A stretch of DNA of 41,212 nucleotides. Origin: Octopus bimaculoides. Taxonomy: Eukaryota. This document shows positions 21,617 through 33,119 of this stretch, piece after piece (the stretch's first letter is position 1; every line of letters begins with the position of its first letter). Below the pieces are notes generated by a model. It had not been told where the DNA came from. It ran no database searches and saw only the letters and a program-made list of their open reading frames with translations. Location of the stretch: positions 9,718,562 through 9,759,773 of the forward strand of contig NC_068997.1 of NCBI RefSeq assembly GCF_001194135.2, in the 5' to 3' direction. A program made the translations under genes and the position numbers.

Positions 21617-23040
21617 AATTTTAATGATGTTTCATATTTTGATATCAGATATCAAGTTTCGTTTTATAAAATTTTGGTATATCACTATAGTCACTTCTGG
21701 TTTCTATCACAATATCACAATTTACTTTCACTGTTTACGACAATTTACTTTCACTTTTTTTATGATGGCAAACAGAACGTTAAATCAAAAGTAGTCCTGT
21801 TAGTCACTGCACACACATTATTATGTAATATCTCTTCAACACAATAATATAAAAGATACTGCAGAAACCCAAAGCAGAAAACAAAACTATACTTGGTTGT
21901 GCAGTGAAAGCACATCACATCAAAAATAAGACCATAGAAACAATAACTGCTTCCAATAAAGGCACAAGACCAAAAATTGGGATGGTGATGATGGTGTTGG
22001 TGGTGTTGGTGGTGGTGGTGGTGGTGGTGAGGGGGCAAAGTCAATTAAATTGACTTCAGTACTTTATTTTGTCAACCCTAGAAGGATGAAAGGCAAAGCT
22101 AACCTCAACAAAGGGGTGGGGATGGGGTTCATAAAATTTATTGTTTTTCAAGCGGTTTTCTTTTTGTTTTTTGTTGTTGTTGTTTTTTTTTTTATTAAAT
22201 AAATTTTGTCTTGCTTTGTTGTTCGTTTCAACTCTATCTTCAAATGCCATTTTCAGTCTTGATTCATTTTATGTTCTAAAACTTTATATTTATTTTATTT
22301 TTGTTTTTTGGCTGTAGTTTTTTTTTTAATTCCAAATGCTTGACAAGTATTATTTTGATTTATCCATATCAGACGCTACAGTTTTGTTCCTTTTATTTTT
22401 TTTTGTTTTTTTTTTCATATTTATTTTTATACATTTATTTGTTTGTTTATTTGAAGTTCGTTGACACAGTTCAGTTGCTGATAAGATATCTTTTATTATT
22501 ATTGATAAACATCATGTTATGTTTCACACTACTTCATGCATTAAAGGTATGTACAGGCATGTAGGTAGGTGCATACATACACAGATACAGACACACAGAG
22601 GTTTATATTAAATATTTATAGTTAAATGATGATGATGATGATGATGACGACGACGATGATTTACTCTTGCTAAGGTATTGAGTTCCCCACCACCGTTACA
22701 CTTTGTTCAGTTATTATCATGTACATAATCACATCATCTCACTCACAAGCACAACTACTGACTGACTCTGCCAGTGCATCCTTAGTTTTAAAATAGGGTC
22801 ACCCTGTCTCTGCATGTCATGGGAGGCATCTAAAAGAGTTGGCAACCATAAGGGGATTCAGCTACCTCAAAACATCTGTCAGACCTTAGTTGAGCAGGTG
22901 TAAAAATGGGGATGATAAAATGATGATAATTACCTGCGTTTCTATTGAGACTTTCTTTCTATTTTCCTACATAAACTATGAAAGCAAATCTTTCTCCACT
23001 GGTTGAATAATCAGTTAAAGGAATCTTAAAATCCCAGTTA

Positions 23041-23082
<42 letters not shown>

Positions 23083-23420
23083 TTCAAAATCCCATTCAGT
23101 CTTGTGTAACGTCATGTATTCTCATCCAATATGGAGATGAGTAGCAACACATCCATGTGGTATATTTGAACATGAAACCACTGGTTGCCTTCTTAACCCA
23201 CAAATAAAGTGTGTATGTATGAGTATATATATAGAATTGGAGATAGAAAGGGCATCTGCTGTAGAAAATCTGCTTCAGCAACTTCTGTCTGATAATAATT
23301 ATAATAATAATAATAATAATAATAGTAATGATAATGATTTCAAATCTTGGCACAAGGCCAATTTCAAGGGAGGGGATAAATTGATTGCATCAACCCCAGT
23401 ACTCAACTGGTACTTGTTTT

Positions 23421-23519
23421 ATTTACATTATTTACATGCGGCAGATGTTTGTCCTCAACAAACAAATGTAAATACTGTAAATAATGTACATAATTCCTCA
23501 TCTCTTAAATATAGAACTG
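23421..23519. mobile_element. Collapsed copy of the 21211 fold-back element (arm remnants only)
   Basis: ATTTACATTATTTACAT...TTTGTCCTCA followed by ...ATGTAAATAATGTACATAATTCCTCATCTCTTAAATATAGAACTG. Confidence 0.8.
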
Positions 23520-24332
23520 AATAATTTTAATGATGTTTCATATTTAGATGCTTTTATTAAATTCATTCAGTTTTTAAACAAATAAATCTTGGAACTAAAT
23601 TGTTTTGATTTACTGTCAGGTGACTTTTGGCCAACCCTGTATAAATAATATATCCTATTTATAAATAGGATTTTGTTAAATGTTGAATGGTTATGAAAGT
23701 CTGTCTGAATAAAATAGGAACCAAAGGGGCCAGTAGGCTAAAAAAACAGTTGAGGGTCATTGAGATAGAGGCTCCCTTATTGGCCTGGATACTGAGATAT
23801 AGCATGGTATAATATGACATGGTGTGACAGTGAAGTACAGCAAACTGTATTATTGTATTACATTTATTTCATTGATTGCAATGGAAATACACACAGAACG
23901 TTGTTATTACAAAATGTGATATGCAATACCATTGCTAAAGAACTATCATATTTGAAAAGCTATGAATTTTCATTGATTTTTATTAAATTAATTAAACTAA
24001 AAAGTTTTAATTGGATTTGGAATAAATTGCGATATTAATTGTTACTATTTTGAATTTTATTATATTATGCTTGTCCCTGGTGTCAATGCAAATTGTTATG
24101 CTGAATAATGCTTTTAATTTGGTTGGGTTGGAGCATAGTTGGACAAGTTTATGATGGCGGAGTAAAGGAAGAAGAGAGCTGATTGTGTGTAGGAATCACT
24201 GTTTATTGGAAAATAACTGAGCTCGAAATGAAAAAGGTTCGAAACCGAAGTGGTAGGGAGATTTTCCTTTCTAATGATAAAAATAAATACATTTTGGTCT
24301 CAGTTTCCAGTTTAAAAAACAAATCGACACAA

Positions 24333-24430
24333 AGGCGTAGGAGTGGCTGTGTGGTAAGTAGCTTGCTTACCAAGGGCCGACCAAAACCTTGTGAGTGGAT
24401 TTGGTAGACGGAAACTGAAAGAAGCCCGTC

Positions 24431-24472
<42 letters not shown>

Positions 24473-24682
24473 GTGTGTTTGTGTTTGTGTCTGTCCCCCC
24501 AACATCGCTTGACAACTGATGCTGGTGTGTTTACGTCCCCATAACTTAGCGGTTCGGCAAAAAGAGATTGATAGAATAAGTACTAGGCTTACAAAGAATA
24601 AGTCCTGGGGTCGATTTGCTCGACTAAAGGCGGTGCTCCAGCATGGCCGCAGTCAAATGACTGAAACAAGTAAAAGAGAAAA
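24333..24682 (+). mobile_element. SINE family A with an internal deletion removing the B-box region
   Basis: GCTTGCTTACCA joins directly to GGGCCGACCAAA; roughly 65 bp present at 13350-13420 is absent. Confidence 0.9.
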
Positions 24683-24737
24683 GAATATAAGGTCAGAAAT
24701 ATGATGAAATAATAATAATAATAATAATAATAATAAT

Positions 24738-24955
24738 CTTTTCTAATCTAGGCACAAAGCCCGAAATTTTTTGGGGAGGGGGCCACTCGATAAGATCATT
24801 CCTCAGTATGCAACTGGTACTTAATTTATCAACCCTGAAAGGATGAAAGGCAAAGTTGATCTCAGCGGAATTTGAACTCAGAACTTAAAGACAGACAAAA
24901 TGCAACTAAGCATTTTCTCTGGCATACTGATGATTCTGCCTGCTCACTGCCTTAA
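24738..24955 (-). mobile_element. SINE family D
   Basis: CCCTGAAAGGATGAAAGGCAAAGTTGATCTCAGCGGAATTTGAACTCAGAAC. Confidence 0.85.
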
Positions 24956-25013
24956 TAGTAGTAGTAGTAGTAATAATAATAATAATGATAATAATAATAA
25001 TAATAATAATAAT

Positions 25014-25377
25014 AAGAGCAGTCAGAGAGTGCAAATCTCCACCAAGGCAACACTAACATCCTCTCAATGATTAGCCAGAGATGATTTTTAAAATGAGAAT
25101 ATCTGAAATAAACTCAACTGCTCTCACAAATGAGAATACCAAAAATGAACCCAACTGCTCTCAAAAATTAAGTAAAAAAAAACAGGAAAAATAACACAGA
25201 ATCCTTGTCCAATACTGGATTGATCCCAAAATCTAATCAGTTTGTGCCAGTCATTATGCCAAACATCCTCGAAAGTTTAACTGAATCCATCCAGCGGTTC
25301 CTGAGATATCTTGTCCACAGACAAACAAACAAATACGACTGGAAACAATGCCTCCTCCTTCGCTAAGGGAGAGGTAA
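25014..25377 (-). mobile_element. Helentron-associated element, copy 3
   Basis: Reverse complement of 11766-12145; flanked by (AAT)n runs. Confidence 0.65.
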
Positions 25378-25513
25378 GAATAAAAATAATAATCATAAAT
25401 TATGACACGCTTGTACACTGTTCCCATAACAGACTTGCTTAGGGTGCCACACAGTGGAAATCACACAGTCATGCTTGCACCTATAGCTATGCTTGTATCT
25501 ATCTATCTATCTA

Positions 25514-25565
<52 letters not shown>

Positions 25566-26055
25566 ATATTCCATATTCTATATCCCACATTGGTTTCGCA
25601 GGAATATAAATAAAACATAAAAAACAGACAGTGTTGGAACTCTTTTAAACAAAATAATATATTCCTCTATACACAANNNNNNNNNNNNNNNNNNNNNNNN
25701 NNNNNNNNNNNNNNNNNNNNNNNNNNNNNNNNNNNNNNNNNNNNNNNNNNNNNNNNNNNNNNNNNNNNNNNNNNNNNNNNNNNNNNNNNNNNNNNNNNNN
25801 NNNNNNNNNNNNNNNNNNNNNNNNNNNNNNNNNNNNNNNNNNNNNNNNNNNNNNNNNNNNNNNNNNNNNNNNNNNNNNNNNNNNNNNNNNNNNNNNNNNN
25901 NNNNNNNNCCCCAAAAACATCTGTTTTTATATAAATAAGCTAGATTTCTGTATCTTCAGTTATATTTGAAAAGTTCGAAAGACGAACGAAAGCGCTAATA
26001 TATGTATACAATAAATGAAAGAAGTTATTCCAAAATTCTGACGACTTTTTTTTCA

Positions 26056-26106
<51 letters not shown>

Positions 26107-26409
26107 TAAAACAAAACAGTGTTCAGTCAATCAATCAATGATGTAGATATAATCTGGGAAGATCAATGTCTTCATAAATCGATAGCTGTAGTTTTTAAGT
26201 GTATTGTTTGCTGGACAAGCTTATTTGTAGACAGATAGATGATGACTAAGCTGTAAGTTGATGAAATGAAAAATAATACAAATACAAATAAATGAAGAAG
26301 ATGTTACTCATATGTAGTATGATACATTACATATATATTTTTGTATAGATATACATATATGTATATATATAAACAACAACAATAAAAGAACGAACAAGCA
26401 AAGATTGAT

Positions 26410-26654
26410 GATGACAAAGGCATTAGTATTAGGGGGAGAGATTTCAGTAGTCAGTCACATTAGGAAACACTTGAATGGGTTCTGGAGCATGTGTAAGTTG
26501 GTGATATCATCATAAAAACCATAAATGAGGATATTATTAGGCTTCTGGAGTTCAGTGATGCAAGTTATCTACTTATTTAAAACATTAACTTAATAAAAAC
26601 AAAACAATAAATAAACAACAAAAGGACATACATTGATACACACAAATATATGTG

Positions 26655-26708
<54 letters not shown>

Positions 26709-27065
26709 ATATAAAGAATCAGTGAATGAAAATAAAAGCAAGTTGATTTATACAACCAACAAAACATAATAAGTGAATGGTGATAAACGCAGGTTTAATT
26801 ACTGGTGAACAGTGTGTTTCACAACATAAACTGGTGATTTATGAGATAACATTGCCCATAGTAAAGGAAAGTAGAAAGCAGATAATGGGTAAAGGCTTTT
26901 GTGTGTGTATGTGTATGTGTGTGTGTGTGTGTGGAGGGAAGTATGGAATCTGGGTTGTGATACAATGCAAAATACTCAACAGGAGAAAGGTATGGAAGCT
27001 AAAAGAAGCTTATCTAAAAGCTTTGTTCCTGGATAATACATACAATAATGGAAGCTTAAAATAAC
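26410..27065 (+). mobile_element. Old RTE LINE endonuclease-region remnant split by microsatellites
   Basis: INEDIIRLLEFSDASYL (compare RTE NEEG.RLLEFCDANDL), VINAGLITGEQCVSQHKLVI (compare NAK.FPGEEC..QHRLVV) and RRKVWKLK occur in the expected order. Confidence 0.65.
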
Positions 27066-27564
27066 AGGATGTCTCACATTTCTATATGTTTATTAGAATG
27101 AAGTCTATTACAAGCTTGCGAATAAATCATGTTTGGAGACAGATGGCTAAAAAGCAACTCTGAATCTATCTTCTCCCTATTGGCTCATTGCTCATCTTAG
27201 GCTTCCATAGTGTTAAGCTGATGAAAGATAAATATTCCTTTGAGTTAACTGTTGGTTTATCATGACTAGCTTTTCCCTTGGTAGGAATTGCACATTCATG
27301 TGCATTCAAATGAAGTACTTGATCTGTTTTAGGTTATTACTACTGATCTCATTGGCTGACATACCTCATCTTGGGGTGTCTCCCTAGGGCTTGTTGGACT
27401 AAACAGTTGAGAGTTAAGTGCCCGAACCATGGTTATAGTGAGGAATTAGTGACAGGACATCAATCACTGACCCCCATCAGCTGGTTCTCCAGTAAGATAA
27501 GAGTTTTCTGATTTACCATATACAACAGTTTGTAACATATCTAAGGCACTGGTGTGCCTTAGAA

Positions 27565-28455
27565 GCAGGCATGGCTGTGTGGTTAAGAAGCTTGCTTCTC
27601 AACAATGAGGTCTTTGGGTCAGTTGTACTGTGCAGCACCCGAGGCAAGTGTCTTCCCTTATAACCCCAGGCTAACCAAAACCTTGTGAGAAGATTTGATT
27701 GATACAAGAAGCCTGCTATATGTGTGTGTGTGTGTACAGCCTTCCCTGGAAACAGGTGAGGTTTGGCAACAAGAAGGGTATCCAGCCATAGAAAAATCTG
27801 ATATATCAAATTCCATCTGAGTTAAGAAGTTTGCTTCCTAACCACTTGGTTTCAGGTTCAACTTTACTATACAGCACCATGGGCAACTATCTTGGGTTAA
27901 CTAATGCCTTGGATTTGGTAGATGGGAAACTGTGTGGAAGCCTGTGTATGTGTGTGTGTGAGAGAGAGTTTGTCTGTCTTTGTCTCCTCACCACCACTTG
28001 ATATTTGGATGGTTTGTTTGCATCCCCTGTAATTTAGTGGTTCAGCAAAAGACTGGTAGAATAAGTACACGACATAAAGAAAAAGTAATGGGGTTGATGT
28101 GGCTGTGTGGTTCAGAAGCTTGCTTTTCAACCACACAGTTTTTGGTTCAGTCCCACTGCACAGCACCTTAGGTGAATGTCTTGAACTGTAGCACTGGGTT
28201 GACCAATGCCATGTGAATGGATTTGGTGGATGCAAATTGTGTAGAAACTTGTCATGTGTGTGTGTGTGTGTGTGTGTCCCTTCACCTTTGCTTGACAATT
28301 GGTGTTGGTGTGTTTACATCCCTGTAACTTAGTGGTTTGGCAAAAGAGGCTGGCTGGATGAGTACCAAACTTAAAAAAGAAGTACCAGTGGCGATCTTCA
28401 AAGCACTGCTCCAGCCTGGCTGCAGTCCAATGAATGAAACAAGTAAAAGACAAAA
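27565..28455 (+). mobile_element. Cluster of three same-orientation SINE family A copies or fragments
   Basis: Heads restart at about 27565, 27820 and 28095; the last runs to the GAAACAAGTAAAAG tail. Confidence 0.8.
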
Positions 28456-28558
28456 AATACAAGTTAACATGACCACCTCAGACTGAATTAACTTTGTTGA
28501 CTAAAACGATGTAGTCAGGCTGCAGTAGTACAACCAAGTTGTAATACGGAAATATTTT

Positions 28559-28814
28559 ATGCTTCACAAAAATAGCAGTTCCATTTTCCAATGTTGCCTG
28601 GAATCTTTATTGGAAGAGATTTAATGATATATTATTAATTATTTATCAGGATTACATCCTCGTCTTTCCAGCAGCCCAAAATGAATTGAAGACTCGAGAA
28701 AATGCAATTATTGCTCGACTAAAAGGAGCCAATGTATCAATTAATCCAACTAAATTCATTTATCATGTATCCTTTATAGATTTCCTTGGAATAAATGTAT
28801 TTCAAAAGGATTAG
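28559..28814 (+). mobile_element. Ty3/Gypsy LTR-retrotransposon RT remnant
   Basis: KNSSSIFQCCLESLLEEI* then a frameshift to IIYQDYILVFPAAQNELKTRENAIIARLKGANVSINPTKFIYHVSFIDFLG. This matches Gypsy RT ..NS.AIFQ...IL...IIYQDDILV......RL...N..IN..K......I.FLG; the second catalytic D reads Y. Confidence 0.8.
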
Positions 28815-28939
28815 ATCAGGCTCATCATAAAACCTATTTGGAGACATAACTGAGCCCTTTCTTCCAGTAACAAACAAAACAAAAGCAAAAAAATAAACTG
28901 GAGAATGCAGCAAATAGACAAGACACTTCCTTCCACAGT

Positions 28940-29100
28940 ACAGGCATGGCTGTATGGTAAGAAGCTTGCTTCCCAACTATATGGTTTCTAGTTCATCCCC
29001 ACTGCATAGCACCTTCGGCAACTGTCTTCTACTATAACCTTGGGCCAACCAAAGTCTTGTGAATGGATTTAGTTGAAAGAAACTGTGTGGAAACCTATGA
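28940..29100 (+). mobile_element. SINE family A, 5' half
   Basis: CAGGCATGGCTGTATGGTAAGAAGCTTGCTTCCCAAC...GTGAATGGATTTAGTTG. Confidence 0.8.
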
Positions 29101-29574
29101 TATGGTTGGGAAGCAAACTTCTTACCACACAGCCGAATCTGCACCTATACAGTGGGAAAATCAGTTTTAAAGGCATCCCTTGTATCACATGACCCAAATC
29201 ATTGTAATGGTAACTTACTGTATTGTTGAGTGGCCTGGAAAAGATTCCATTCCAGCTTGGGGAACACGCAAAGTGCTGAGAATGCGGCAATTACTTTTCC
29301 ATGCTTGTATGGGTCAGATGGAGTTTATTGAAGCAGATTTTCTACAACTAGAAGCTGTTCCTGTCATCAACCCTCACCTGTTTCCAAACAAGGGAATATT
29401 CTCTCATTACCGTGTATATTCTTGCAGAATATTGGAAATGAATAATTATATGCTGCGTGCAAGAGAGAATACTGTACTGGTTTGGTCATGTGATGTAGAT
29501 GGATGCCAACAGCTCCATAAGGAAGTGCTGATCTCTCAAAGAGGATGGTTTTGGTTGTCCTGAAGCTATATTCT

Positions 29575-29981
29575 TTTATTTTATTACTTGTTTCAGTCAT
29601 TTGACTGCAGCCATGCTGGAGCACCACCTTTAGTCAAGCAAATCGACCCCAGGACTTATTCTTTGTAGGCCTAGTACTTATTCTATCGTATCACTTTTAC
29701 TGAACTGCTTACGGGGATGTAAACACACCAGCATCAGTTGTCAAGTGATGGGGGGGGGACACAGACAGACACACAAACATATACACACACATACATATAT
29801 GCATACATATATATACAACGGGCTTCTTTCAGTTTCCGTCTACCAAATCCACTCACAGGCTTTGGTCAACCCGAGGCTATAGTAGAAGACACCTGCCCAA
29901 GGTGCCATGCAGTGGGACTGAACCCGGAACCATGTGGTTGGTAAGCAAGCTACTTACCACACAGCCAATCCTGTTCCTATG
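29575..29981 (-). mobile_element. SINE family A, full length
   Basis: Reverse complement matches 13321-13730 from head to tail. Confidence 0.9.
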
Positions 29982-30524
29982 NNNNNNNNNNCTGCCCAAG
30001 GTGCCATGCAGTGGGACTGAACCCGGAACCATGTGGTTGGTAAGCAAGCTACTTACCACACAGCCAATCCTGTTCCTATGATACAAAATATTTACCCAAG
30101 GTACCTTACAGTGGAATTGAACCCCCCCCCCAAAAAAAAAACTATGTTTAGAAGCAAACTTCTCAACCACACGGCCATGTCAGTAGCTTTTCTGAAGCAA
30201 ATAATCTAATCAATAGAGCAACTCCTCCATTTCTTATGTAGCTGTCATTTGGTCATGTGATTCTCTGCTGTTCATGTTTCTAACATAGCAACATCTTCAG
30301 TTTCTCCAACTGCTATTGCTGCTAATATTCACTCTCCAGTGCTTTCCATGCTACCAGCAATACTAAAATATCCTAATCCTTGTTGGAATTTAACGAGTTG
30401 TACAATGCCATTGCAGATCTTGAAGGAGATTCGGAAGCTGACAAAGAAATTGTTATTAATATGATTTATCTTTTGTGGTGGGATTAGTATTCAGAATAAT
30501 TGGTTCTATTATTAATTTATACTC

Positions 30525-30840
30525 ATAGGCGGCAAGCTGTCAGAATTGTTAACGTGTTGGATGAAATGCTCAGCAGCATTTCGTCCAGCTCTTTACATTC
30601 TGAGTTCAATCCCCACCGAGGTCAACTTTACCTCTAAGATTGCAGGGGGATTGTACTGAAATTTAAAGCTACATCTATCTTTATGTTCTGAGTTCAAATT
30701 CCGCCAAGGTTGACTTTGCCTATCATCTTTTTGGGGGTCAGTAAAATAAAGTACCAGTCAAGTACTGGGGTCAATGTAATCATTTTGTCCCTTCCCCACA
30801 GATCTGCTGGTCTCGTGTTAAAGCTTGAAAACACTAAACT
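30525..30840 (+). mobile_element. SINE family D, 5' part plus restarted copy
   Basis: GGCGGCAAGCTGTCAGAATTG...; TTCTGAGTTCAA..CC.CC.AGGT..ACTTT occurs twice (about 30598 and 30686). Confidence 0.75.
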
Positions 30841-30894
30841 CAGTTTGCGAAGACCTGTTGGGGCAAGCGAAAGTGAAATCGTACCTCCTGACTG

Positions 30895-31100
30895 ATCTTC
30901 GTGCTGGTGGCACGTAAAAGCACTCACTATACTCTCGGAGTGGCTGGCATTAGGAATGGCATCCAGCTGTAGAAACTCTGCCAGATCAGATTGGAGCCTG
31001 GTGTAGCCATCTGGTTCACCAGTCCTCAGTCAAATCGTCCAACCCATGCTAGCATGGAAAGCGGATGTTAAACGATGATGATGATGATGATGATGATGAT
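30895..31100 (+). mobile_element. RTE 3' UTR with (GAT)n tail
   Basis: GGCACGTAAAAGCAC...CATCCAGCTGTAGAAAC...CATGCTAGCATGGAAAGCGGATGTTAAACGATGATG. Confidence 0.88.
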
Positions 31101-31594
31101 GCTGTTTTCATCTTCAGAATAATTTTGGTATGCCTCTTGGATTAACATTGGTGACCACAATACATAGTTATAACAGACATCTGAGGATTTGAACCTACTC
31201 CTGATACTAAATTATCTCTATTACTCATTCTCTCAATTTACTCAGCTAAACCAATTAATTAATTACTATTGCTTACTTATTCACTTACTTACTATGCATT
31301 ATGGATTTATTTGATTATCACAAAAATGGATTGAACGGCTTCACAGCAGGTTGGCTTGTATCTTCAATGAGAGAATAATCACGTTGCTGACTGAGTGGAA
31401 TTGGTGTACCAACCAATTGTTTGAGCAGTGAGCATGACTTTTTCAAAAGATCTATGCCTTTGAATGGCTATCTTATCAAATCAGGTTTCGAATGACTTTT
31501 GTTACGATCAAATCATAAAGCTGGCTACTCGGTTTCCATGAAGTGTAAGTGACCAAGTTCCTAACATTCCTCCTGAGTGGGACGCTGTTCTGTT

Positions 31595-31795
31595 GCAGGA
31601 TCCAAGGCCAGCAATTTTGAAGGGAGGGGACCAGTTGATTACATCAACCCCTTGTATTTGATTGCCAATTTATTCTCTCTACCACGAAAGTCAAAGTTGA
31701 CCTTGGCGGGATTTGAAATCAGGATGTAAAGAGCTAGAAGAAACGCTGCTAACCATTTTGTCAGGCTTGCTAATGATTACGCCAGCTCACTGACT
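31595..31795 (-). mobile_element. SINE family D
   Basis: CAAAGTTGACCTTGGCGGGATTTGAAATC...GATTACGCCAGCTCAC. Confidence 0.7.
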
Positions 31796-31934
31796 TAGTC
31801 AACTCAACTATGCAACAGTGAAAATTCTTCAACACTTTACTACTCAATGTGAATTTCTTTGACTTTTCACTGAATTAAAGTCATCATTAGGTTTGTTTTC
31901 ACTAAAGAAGACTGAATTATCAATATTGAATGTG

Positions 31935-32216
31935 CTCGTTGCCAGTGCCGCCAGACTGGCTCCTGTGCAGGTAGCACATAAAAAACACCTTTTGAGCATG
32001 GTCGCTGCCAGAACCACCCGACTGGTCCTCGTGCCAGTGTCACGTAAAAGCACCCACTACACTCTCGGAGTGGTTGGCATTAGGAAGGGCATCCAGCTGT
32101 AGAAACTTTGCCAGATCAGATTGAGCCAGGTGCAGCCTCTGGCTCATCAATCCTCAGTCAAACTGTCCAACCCATGCCATCATGGAAAGCAGATGTTAAA
32201 CGATGATGATGATGAT
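31935..32216 (+). mobile_element. RTE 3' UTR with (GAT)n tail
   Basis: Same tail as 30895-31100, preceded by degenerate GGCAC-type repeat units. Confidence 0.88.
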
Positions 32217-32664
32217 GTCTATATGCACAACTAAGGATTTGAGTGATCTTAGTGGTCTTGGCGGATCTGTGAAGGCCATGAGCACAGCTTCTGCTTTTAA
32301 CCCAACCTAATAAATGGAAGGGGAAAATATTCTTTTCAGCCCATTGGCATTGAGAAAGGCATCCAGCCATACAAACCATGTCAAAGCAGACTTTGCTGGT
32401 GTTGGTGCCATGTAGAAAGCACCCAGTCAACTCTGTAAAGTGGTTGGTGCTAGGAAAGGTATTCAGCCATACAAATTATGCCAAAGCAGAAAGTGGAGCT
32501 TGGTGCAGTCTTCTGGCTTGCCAGCTCCTGTTAAACCATCTACCTCATGCTAGCATGGAAGATGGACGTTAAATGAATCTATATATATATATATCTACAC
32601 TATATATATATCTACATACACACTACATACCTATGGACACTCACACTATGTATATATAATAATC

Positions 32665-33005
32665 ATCATCATCATTGTCATTTAAGGTCCACTTTCTATG
32701 CTGGCATGGGTTGGGCGGTTTGACTGAGGGCTGGCAAGCCAGAAAGTTGCACCAAGCTCCAATCCGATCTGGCAAAGTTTCTACAGCTGGATGCCCTTTC
32801 TAACGCTAACCACTCCGAGAGTGTAGTGGGTGCTTTTTACTTGCCCCCTACATGAGGATCATTCAGGCAGTACCGGCGTTGACCATGTTCGAATGGTGCA
32901 TTTTATGTGCTACTGGCACAAGGGCCATTCAGGCGGTACTGGCAACGACCATGTTCGGATGGTGCTTTTTACATGCCACCAGCACGGGAGCCAGTCAGGC
33001 GGCAC
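32665..33005 (-). mobile_element. RTE 3' UTR with an internal 66-bp tandem repeat
   Basis: Reverse complement of the 31935 copy; GGTGC.TTTTA recurs at 32829, 32895 and 32961. Confidence 0.88.
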
Positions 33006-33119
33006 ATATACATACATGCTACATACCCATGCACACACACACACACATACACACACACACTCACACAAAGAGACAAACAAACAGATTGACAGACTGACAA
33101 TGTTTTCTTCAAAGATCTT

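Noticed and set aside
26231-26252. TTTGTAG|22 nt|GTAAGT microexon containing ATGATGACTAAGCT
   Set aside because: It has stops in all three frames as an internal exon, no downstream partner exon could be identified, and such site pairs are common by chance.
26420-26560. Kinase-like KPNNILI on the minus strand; ETLEWVLEHV with a GTAAGT donor on the plus strand
   Set aside because: No HRD or DFG context; the plus strand is better explained as RTE endonuclease (RLLEF.DA) debris.
29893-30080. Exact 89-bp direct repeat (29893-29981 and 29992-30080)
   Set aside because: Identical copies sit on either side of a 10-N gap, the signature of unmerged overlapping contig ends.
30180-30490. Protein-like stretches (EFNELYNAIADLEGDSEADKEIV on plus; NGGVALLI on minus)
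   Set aside because: Bounded by stops, no convincing splice pair, and only faint resemblance to transposon proteins; too weak to call.
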